Source of the DNA: Candidatus Latescibacterota bacterium
GTDB taxonomy: Bacteria > Latescibacterota > UBA2968 > GCA-2709665
Direction: 5' to 3'
Length of the DNA stretch: 64,000 nucleotides
Assembly: GCA_965226795.1 (NCBI GenBank)
Contig: CBDDDZ010000005.1
Location: forward strand, 480,001 to 544,000
Shown: positions 57,416 through 64,000 of the stretch, piece by piece
How positions within the stretch are numbered: the stretch's first letter is position 1
Layout: every line of letters begins with the position of its first letter
Notes under the pieces: model-generated
What the model was told of the DNA's origin: nothing
The model's database searches: none
Seen by the model: only the letters and a program-made list of their open reading frames with translations
Translations under genes and position numbers: made by a program

Positions 57416-59539
57416 ATGCAGACCATGCGCAGACGCGATTTGCTCGGTTTGTTTTCTGATAGTGGGTGTATGTCGCCGACGAAGGATTTCAGCCTCCACC
57501 TTGCGCGCACCTATCTGCTGAACGTTCTGCGTGCCGCACAGCTCAACAGGACCATTCGGACAGGGCTTTTGAAATGGATGGCGGGTAATGAGGACCGGCT
57601 CAAGTCGCTCGGCGTTCATCGCCTTCGGCGTAAGGTAGACACTCCAAAAGGCAACCTTCGATTCATCGAGCATGCGGTTCAGTGCCTTGAGCGTAAGACC
57701 CGCCGCCCACCGCCGCGCTCCCCCGACGCAGAGGCCACGTACCTGGTCGTCCAGCGTTTCTCGCTTGGTCCTGCGGCTGCAGGGTTGCTTGAATTCGTAC
57801 ACAGTTGCAAATACAACGACTTCCTTCGCACCATTTTGCACAATATCGAGTTCCGATGCTCAAATCCTGCGGAGCAATTGGCACTCTGTCTTAATCGTCC
57901 TCGCCGCGACGTAGAAGTCGGACTGCGGGAACTCGCCGAATCCGGCATCGCAGATTGTAAGACCGTCGCTCGGTTGGACGAATATAACACTGCCGACGAC
58001 CTCGTCCACGACAGGTTTTGGGAAGTGTGGCATCCGCCTGTGAGAGACATGGACGAGTTGACGGCGCGATTGGTTGGCGAACCCTGGGCTGCCCGGTTGC
58101 GCCTCGACGACTTTGCGCACCTCTTGGAACGCGACGATATTCGGCGCACGTTGAACGCAGCAAAGCGCGAGCGTTGCGCCGGCGCGCCGGCACCTGGTGT
58201 CAACATCCTGCTGGTGGGCAGGGCTGGCACTGGAAAAACCGAATTCGCCAAAACCATCGCGGAATCGTGTGGCATGACGCTCTTCTCTGTTGGCACAGAC
58301 GAGATTGATGACGAGGAATCCTGCAATACCGCCCACGACCGGCGCTCGGATTACCGCAATGAGTTGCGGATGGCGCAGACACTGCTTCGATCTATGCCGG
58401 AGGCCGCAATTCTGTGCGACGAGGCCGAGGACGCGCTGGAGTCCAGCAGCGGTTCACGCCTCGCCAATCACCGGCTGATTGAGGAAAATCCCGTACCGGT
58501 GATTTACACCGCAAACAGTCTGAAAGACCTGGACGAGAGCATGCTGCGGCGATTCACCCACGTCGTCAGATTCACGGCCCACGGCCCGAAGCGCCAGACC
58601 GCCATTTTGAGGCGAATGCTCGCCGAGAGTGGCATCGAGGGTATCGACGCCTCCGCGTGCGCCAGACGACTCGTGGACGAACTCGAGTGTACACCGGGCA
58701 TCCTCGCAAAGGCCATCGAAACGACCCGCCTCGTCAGTGGCGCGGAAGACGATCTCTACCGCTATTGCGAAGGCCTCGAACGTACCATCGCCACGCAATA
58801 CGCCCGACCGAGGCTGGGACCGCCGGTCCGAGGCGAACTCCCGTGGGAGGCGTTTTCACATCTCGAAAAGGACGCCGCAGACGTCAGGGAAACCCTCGTT
58901 TCAGTCAAGGACAGCGAGAAGAAGGGGATCAACATCCTCCTGTACGGACCGCCGGGAACCGGCAAGACCGAATTTGCCCGCACCCTGTGCGCTGACGTTG
59001 GCGCGCGACTCTATGCCGTTGGCGATAACGAGGTGGGACCCCAGTCGCGGATTTCCGTATCGCGTACGGAAGCATTGGACTTTGCACTCGAAGCCCTCGC
59101 TAACGAACGTGGCGCAGTGGTCTTCTTCGACGAAATGGAGGACTTCGACCGCGTGGAGAAACATTGGCTTAATCGGGTCCTCGAAGAGAATCCTGTGCCG
59201 ATCATCTGGGCGTGTAACTCCATTGACTACTACCGGATGTTTCAGCCGTTTTTCATCGACCGGATAATGCACGCGATCGAGTTTCGCCACATGTCCGTCG
59301 GGGCGAGGAGGCGCGTGTTCACAGGTATTCTTAGCAAGAAGCAAATTCCGGAGGCCGAAGCGTGCAGACTTGCCGTGGATCTGGCGCACGACCGGAAAGT
59401 GACGCCGAGGCAGGTGGCCATGGCTGCCGGTCAAGCGGGAATGGTCAGCGGAAATGCGGAGACCATACGGCGCAACATCGCACAGAAGGCGAAACTGCGC
59501 CACGGGATTCGCTTGCCGGAAATCAGACCGATCGCGTAG
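57416..59539 (+). CDS. AAA+ ATPase, N-terminal part with two tandem D1-type modules, ending at an in-frame TAG
   Basis: GVNILLVGRAGTGKTEFA..ILCDEAED and GINILLYGPPGTGKTEFA..VFFDEMED; SD GGGAGA before ATG 57416. Confidence 0.85.
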   Translation: MQTMRRRDLLGLFSDSGCMSPTKDFSLHLARTYLLNVLRAAQLNRTIRTGLLKWMAGNEDRLKSLGVHRLRRKVDTPKGNLRFIEHAVQCLERKTRRPPPRSPDAEATYLVVQRFSLGPAAAGLLEFVHSCKYNDFLRTILHNIEFRCSNPAEQLALCLNRPRRDVEVGLRELAESGIADCKTVARLDEYNTADDLVHDRFWEVWHPPVRDMDELTARLVGEPWAARLRLDDFAHLLERDDIRRTLNAAKRERCAGAPAPGVNILLVGRAGTGKTEFAKTIAESCGMTLFSVGTDEIDDEESCNTAHDRRSDYRNELRMAQTLLRSMPEAAILCDEAEDALESSSGSRLANHRLIEENPVPVIYTANSLKDLDESMLRRFTHVVRFTAHGPKRQTAILRRMLAESGIEGIDASACARRLVDELECTPGILAKAIETTRLVSGAEDDLYRYCEGLERTIATQYARPRLGPPVRGELPWEAFSHLEKDAADVRETLVSVKDSEKKGINILLYGPPGTGKTEFARTLCADVGARLYAVGDNEVGPQSRISVSRTEALDFALEALANERGAVVFFDEMEDFDRVEKHWLNRVLEENPVPIIWACNSIDYYRMFQPFFIDRIMHAIEFRHMSVGARRRVFTGILSKKQIPEAEACRLAVDLAHDRKVTPRQVAMAAGQAGMVSGNAETIRRNIAQKAKLRHGIRLPEIRPIA

Positions 59540-60211
59540 TACGACCCGGCCCTTGTATGCGCCGACGTGAATCTGGAGGATTTGACCGACCGGATTGTCT
59601 CCTTGGCCGCCCGCCGATTCGCGCTGTGCCTCTACGGGCCCCCTGGAACCGGCAAGACGGCTTACGTGGGCTACATTGCCGAACGGATGGGGATGGATAT
59701 CCTGCCTAAAAGGGCTTCCGATCTCCTGAGTCCCTGGGTTGGACAAACCGAGCAGAAAATGGCAGCGGCTTTTGCCGAAGCGCTCGAGACCGGCTCGTTC
59801 CTGGTATTCGACGAGGTCGATTCCCTCCTGATGGACCGGCAATATGCCGTTCGCTCGTGGGAAACGAGCATGGTCAACGAATTGCTCAGCCAGATGGAGC
59901 GGCACCCACTTCCTTTCGCGTGTACCACCAACCGGTGGGAGGCGCTCGACCCGGCGGCAACTCGGCGTTTCCTGTTTCGCGTTGAGTTCTTCTTTATGGA
60001 TCGGCCACGAATCGAACGGGCATTCAGGTTCTTCTATGGTTGCGAAGCGCCGCAGGAGACACTCGCATTGGACAAACTCACGCCAGCGGATTTCGCAAAC
60101 GTGCGCGAACGTGCGAAGATCCTGAATTTTCTCAAGGACCCCGAACGTATCGGCCGTGCACTCGCCGAGGAGTGCCGCGCAAAGCCGGGCGGCGGGCAAC
60201 TCGGGTTCTGA
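59540..60211 (+). CDS. Third AAA+ module (D2-type), in frame after the TAG
   Basis: YDPALVCADVNL..LCLYGPPGTGKT..LVFDEVDSLL..LDPAATRRF; C-terminal LGF. Confidence 0.8.
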   Translation, partial: YDPALVCADVNLEDLTDRIVSLAARRFALCLYGPPGTGKTAYVGYIAERMGMDILPKRASDLLSPWVGQTEQKMAAAFAEALETGSFLVFDEVDSLLMDRQYAVRSWETSMVNELLSQMERHPLPFACTTNRWEALDPAATRRFLFRVEFFFMDRPRIERAFRFFYGCEAPQETLALDKLTPADFANVRERAKILNFLKDPERIGRALAEECRAKPGGGQLGF

Positions 60212-60284
60212 AGGAGCGGTGCTGACAGGCTAGGTCCCGCGGAACGCCGAAATCAGATCCAAACGCACAAAGGAGGTTGACGAG

Positions 60285-60914
60285 ATGTTCTTGTCGAAGT
60301 GGTTGGTATCGTTGTTGGCATTGAGTATCCTGACGAATCCGATATATGCAGAGGAACCAGAAAGAATCTCAAAGCTGTCAAACAGCCTCGAACTCGTATT
60401 GGGTGGAGGAACTCACAAATACGCCGAAGAGATCGACCCTCATCCCGGCATGGCTTCACTTGGAACATCACTCTTCGGATACCACGCGACGGATCGTTCC
60501 ATGATAGGCTTTCGATACTCGCTAAGTCAATACACGACCCAAAGGGTTGTTTCGATCACCGGACCTTCTGGCGATACCTTGTCACTTTCGTCCGGAGAGA
60601 AGGAAAGCTGGAAGGTATTTTCAGCCCTCGTTCTATACAGGCGATCCTTCAGAATCCGGAAACCTGTCCAACCGTATTTCGATATCGGACTCGGCGCCGC
60701 AAGCAACTACGCCGGATATGAAGGAGGAAGAAAATTCGCCAGTGCGATTGCGGTTGGCGCGAATTGGAGATTCACGAGCCACTGGGTCGTCGCGATTGAA
60801 GCGCGAGGCATTGCAATAAACACGTCGCTGCAAGGACATACGGCAGGGCCGGTTCCCGACGGGCCACTTACCGTCGTGGAGTCGACGCTGGGAATCGGTT
60901 GGACCCTGAAATAG
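60285..60914 (+). CDS. Outer-membrane beta-barrel protein
   Basis: Signal peptide, VQPYFDIGLG, alternating beta strands, terminal LGIGWTLK; SD AGGAGG. Confidence 0.7.
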   Translation: MFLSKWLVSLLALSILTNPIYAEEPERISKLSNSLELVLGGGTHKYAEEIDPHPGMASLGTSLFGYHATDRSMIGFRYSLSQYTTQRVVSITGPSGDTLSLSSGEKESWKVFSALVLYRRSFRIRKPVQPYFDIGLGAASNYAGYEGGRKFASAIAVGANWRFTSHWVVAIEARGIAINTSLQGHTAGPVPDGPLTVVESTLGIGWTLK

Positions 60915-61097
60915 TGTTCCGTCCCAGAAACATGTCACCATTCATCCGCCGATTCATCCCGTCTCGCTGCGTTGCCATCGCTCGCCGACCTTGCGCAGGT
61001 CGCCTCGCTCAGACGCCGGTTCCTGAGCCTGTCGAAGGATGCCAGCCGGGCGACTCGTCGACCGAATTTCGGCAATCTATTTCCGGGACAGAACACT
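60913..61097. mobile_element. MITE family S, copy 5 (most complete; carries a CCTGAGCCTGTCGAAGG repeat)
   Basis: TIRs AGTGTTCCGTCCCAGAAA / TTTCCGGGACAGAACACT; left end overlaps the TAG stop of the upstream gene. Confidence 0.8.
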
Positions 61098-61252
61098 GGC
61101 CGGATAGTGGAACGAAAAAATCGCCTGCGAAACGATTTGAGATTTTCTGGTGTGAAATTAGGGTGATTGCCGAGCGGATCGTGAGAACTGGCCGAACGAG
61201 TAGAACGTAAATCGATAATCCGTCCTTCGAACATAAAAACGGGAGATTTAAC

Positions 61253-62401
61253 ATGCACCCGGTTGATCTGCAGGAGAAACTGGAACAATTGGAGAGGCGA
61301 CAGTGTTGGCACAAGCGGATGATTGCGGGTCTGATTGTAGCATTCCTATTCACTGCCTCGCCGACGTTGACAAAGGCGCCCAAGTGGCTTGAAGGTGCAT
61401 TCTTGCCTGGACGCCTCGAATCCAACCCGACAAAGGCCGATTTCAGTAAAGCGCTATCAAACATGAACAGAATGGTTTCGAATCCGTCCGCGCTGCTTTC
61501 GAATTCGACACAGATGCTATCAAATGCTGCAGAGACGGAAAGGTTGAACAAGACGGCGCTTGCCAGAGAAGCGCAGATTGTCCAGGCAACGGAGTTTCAA
61601 ATCGTGAATGATCGTGGACGCGTCGTTGCGGCTATAGGCGCCTCGGATACCGGAGATGGCACGGTGGTATTGTGGAACCGCGAAGGAAAGGTGATATCCG
61701 TGTTAGGCGCGGACACACGCGGCAATGGCGCGCTGGAAATTGTGAACTCGTTGGAGCGGACGACAGTATCGATGGGCGCCGATGAGTCAGAACATGCCAA
61801 TGGTTGGATCAGTGTGGGCAGCGCCTCACAGGCGAGTATCCAATCGCTGGTGCTCGAGTCAGGCGTCGTCGCGATAGGCATCGTCAACAGCGACGGCAAT
61901 GTGGCAGCCCTGTTGGGTTCAAGTGAAAATGGCAATGGTGTGTTCAAGATATTAAACCGTTCTGGCAATATCGTTATTGACGCAGGAGCCACTGAGGTTG
62001 GCCACGGTGGCTTGGACATTTTCAACGCTTCAGGAGGGATAGCCGCCGCCGTGGGACATGTGAAATCAGAGTATATACACGGTGGGGTGTTGGGAGTTTT
62101 CAATGCTGATGGTTTGCCTGTCGCGTCTATGCAATCGGACGAAAGAGGCAAAGGCGAACTGGTCATAGATCGCGGCAGATTTGCAGCATATGTTGATGAT
62201 AACGGCAACGGGATTGTGGAAACCCGGGAGGAAAGTGGACTCTTGCGGTGGTCGTCTGAAATGGTGCCAGGCGGCAATGGCGGTACATCGAGCGGTTTAA
62301 TGGGTGACTTCGACGGGGATGGAGACGTCGATTTTACCGATTTCCTGACATTCGCAGGCAATTTCGGCAAGACGATTGACGATCAAACTGACATGAATTG
62401 A
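61253..62401 (+). CDS. Exported protein with about 23-aa beta repeats and a C-terminal EF-hand/dockerin-like tail
   Basis: One N-terminal TM helix; repeats hxhxNxxGxxhxxhGxxxxGxG; GDFDGDGDVDFTDFLTFAGNFGK. Confidence 0.7.
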   Translation: MHPVDLQEKLEQLERRQCWHKRMIAGLIVAFLFTASPTLTKAPKWLEGAFLPGRLESNPTKADFSKALSNMNRMVSNPSALLSNSTQMLSNAAETERLNKTALAREAQIVQATEFQIVNDRGRVVAAIGASDTGDGTVVLWNREGKVISVLGADTRGNGALEIVNSLERTTVSMGADESEHANGWISVGSASQASIQSLVLESGVVAIGIVNSDGNVAALLGSSENGNGVFKILNRSGNIVIDAGATEVGHGGLDIFNASGGIAAAVGHVKSEYIHGGVLGVFNADGLPVASMQSDERGKGELVIDRGRFAAYVDDNGNGIVETREESGLLRWSSEMVPGGNGGTSSGLMGDFDGDGDVDFTDFLTFAGNFGKTIDDQTDMN

Positions 62402-62532
62402 CGCAAACGATTAATGGTAAGGGCGACAGGAATGTGAGTGGTGAGACGTAGCCGAATAAAGGCGGTGAACCACGCTACAGGCGCAACCCGGAATCTCGAA
62501 GCCTCTTCGTGGGATACCAATAGGAAACGGAG

Positions 62533-63180
62533 GTGGATTCTTTGGAACTGTCAATTGCTCGGCTGATCCGCAAGCGCACGCAGGATCTTGGTATCACCCG
62601 CGGTGAACTTGCCCGCCGTATGGGATATACCAATGTCACCACGGGATGTCGACGATTAGACCAGATATGCGCCGGAGACGTTAAAATGGCGGAGAATCTG
62701 CGGGTCGAGCTTGCCCGGGGCCTCGACGTGGATGCCGAAGTGATCAATGATTCTATCGAGTACACCCGCGCCAAACAGCTTTCGGCGGAAGACAAGGCCT
62801 ATCGTGAATCTTTTAAGCCACATGCGGTGATACTCACAGAGTATAAGATACCGACACAGATCACATTTTACGCAATGACCGGGGGATCCCGTCATCGGAT
62901 TATTCCGTTCAAGGAGGGGTCAACCCCTGAAACGTACGCGGCACAGGCGCGAGAGGCCCTTCCGAACGTGGTTCGCTTTCTCGGGCGTCCAATTGGATAT
63001 GTGGTAAACTACACTCCAGATTTCGCCTTAAAGTTTAACAAGGAGGGCAGATTGATAGGAAGGCTCGACCGCACGTTTCGCGTGGGGCAATCAGGCGTCG
63101 TTATCGGGGGCAAGGAAGTCGGCGAAGGGGTCTGGTCCACCCTTTTGGGTACCGCATCGGTTTCTCCTTCGCCCAAATAA
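62533..63180 (+). CDS. Hypothetical protein with N-terminal XRE-like HTH
   Basis: LIRKRTQDLGITRGELARRMGY. Confidence 0.65.
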   Translation: MDSLELSIARLIRKRTQDLGITRGELARRMGYTNVTTGCRRLDQICAGDVKMAENLRVELARGLDVDAEVINDSIEYTRAKQLSAEDKAYRESFKPHAVILTEYKIPTQITFYAMTGGSRHRIIPFKEGSTPETYAAQAREALPNVVRFLGRPIGYVVNYTPDFALKFNKEGRLIGRLDRTFRVGQSGVVIGGKEVGEGVWSTLLGTASVSPSPK

Positions 63181-63262
63181 GCTTGACACGTTTTGCAGGG
63201 AGTAACTGGGAATCCGCTATATCGCGGAGGGTGGAATGCGAATCCGTGGAGACATGGTCCTT

Positions 63263-63287
63263 GTAGGGGCGCCCCTTGCGGACGCCC
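63263..63287. repeat. GTAG-type REP palindrome
   Basis: GTAGGGGCGCCCCTTGCGGACGCCC. Confidence 0.55.
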
Positions 63288-63431
63288 GACTCTGGCAAAG
63301 ACGCGGCCGCAGCTGCCAGTCAGTTGGGTCGTGCCGCATGATTGCATTGATTCTGCGCGAAGGCCGAGAATAGTGACCGGCGTCGAGTATGCCCGCCAAA
63401 GCCGGGATTATTTCACCGGTTCGGGAGGAGA

Positions 63432-63933
63432 GTGATGTCCGGGAGCTACCGAGTAATCCGGCAACAATTCTCCGAGTTGCCATTCGTGACCTTTCATATC
63501 TATGAGGTATATTATAAGGAAAACGATAAAATTACGGATTGGCACGAGTTTCGGGACGAAATCCACGGGGGATCGCTGGAGGAATTGCGAAAAAAAAATC
63601 AGGTTCTTTCTCCACGCATTCCGCTATCCGATACTTGAAGAGATAGAAACGGGAAAAGGGCGGACTCTCGTTCCTATCGATTCCGAATTTCGAATCAACG
63701 ACGGGCGTTATATCGAACTCGTCGATCTAGGGTGTGAGGCGTCAAAATACGTCGATCGATTGCTGGGCAGCCATCCACTCGTTAACAAAAATAGTGTTCT
63801 ACGAGGCCTGTATATAGAGTTCTGGTTGGCTCTTGACATGCTCACGGAAGAGGCTGTCCTTTTGGAGTATGGAAATGACAGAGCCAAACCCACGCGACAA
63901 AATAACGTCAGACAACTGGAACTCCCATTCTAA
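63432..63933 (+). pseudogene. Hypothetical protein with a frameshift at A9 (63590-63598)
   Basis: SYRVI..IYEVYY..GGSLEELRKK continues as IRFFLHAFRYPILE if one A is removed; SD GGAGGAG. Confidence 0.6.
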
Positions 63934-64000
63934 TGTAGCATATTGGGCGGAGAGGAGCGCGGGATCTGGTGTTCAGAAAGAGCAAGATTGTTGTTGTCGA

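Noticed and set aside
37692..59539. Genome-wide TAG recoding (alternative code or pyrrolysine)
   Set aside because: Many genes end at TAG exactly at their expected C-termini (1271, 2796, 3863, 13859, 15416, 23523); no pyl genes are seen.
58901..60199. 432-aa antisense ORF across the ATPase
   Set aside because: Antisense shadow of a motif-rich gene; no independent evidence.

Overview
Bacterial chromosomal window, GC-rich overall. The C-terminal 'GDFDGDGDVDFTDFLTFAGNFG' tail, the type IIG R-M family and the abundance of Gfo/Idh/MocA and enolase-superfamily genes suggest a Latescibacterota/Poribacteria-like environmental or sponge-associated lineage (inference only). Layout: (1) 1-37 kb holds housekeeping and catabolic genes (hflX, bactofilin, a TolC/RND/MFP efflux set, mrp, ggt, rarA, enolase-superfamily enzymes, peptidases, polX) dotted with MITEs and REP-like repeats. 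(2) 37.3-53.8 kb is a decaying accessory/defence region: HEPN protein, type IIG R-M, duplicated hicB(A), XRE-ImmA, SWIM protein, orphan gene 3' ends, a recurring junction repeat and a 253-bp direct repeat. (3) 53.8-56.2 kb returns to core genes (SDR, nth, dksA-like). (4) 56.3-64 kb is a second accessory block. The best candidate for an undescribed system lies there: a DriD/PafBC-type WYL regulator, immediately followed by a perfect ATACGAC-N7-GTCGTAT palindrome with PafBC-like spacing to a -10 element and an overlapping terminator, upstream of a three-module AAA+ ATPase (D1-D1'-D2) split by one in-frame TAG. A second candidate is a PPP-containing leader peptide plus terminator upstream of a sigma70-region-4-only gene. 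No tRNA, rRNA, CRISPR array, reverse transcriptase, integrase or intact transposase was recognised. All family calls are motif recognition by eye, with no database searches.
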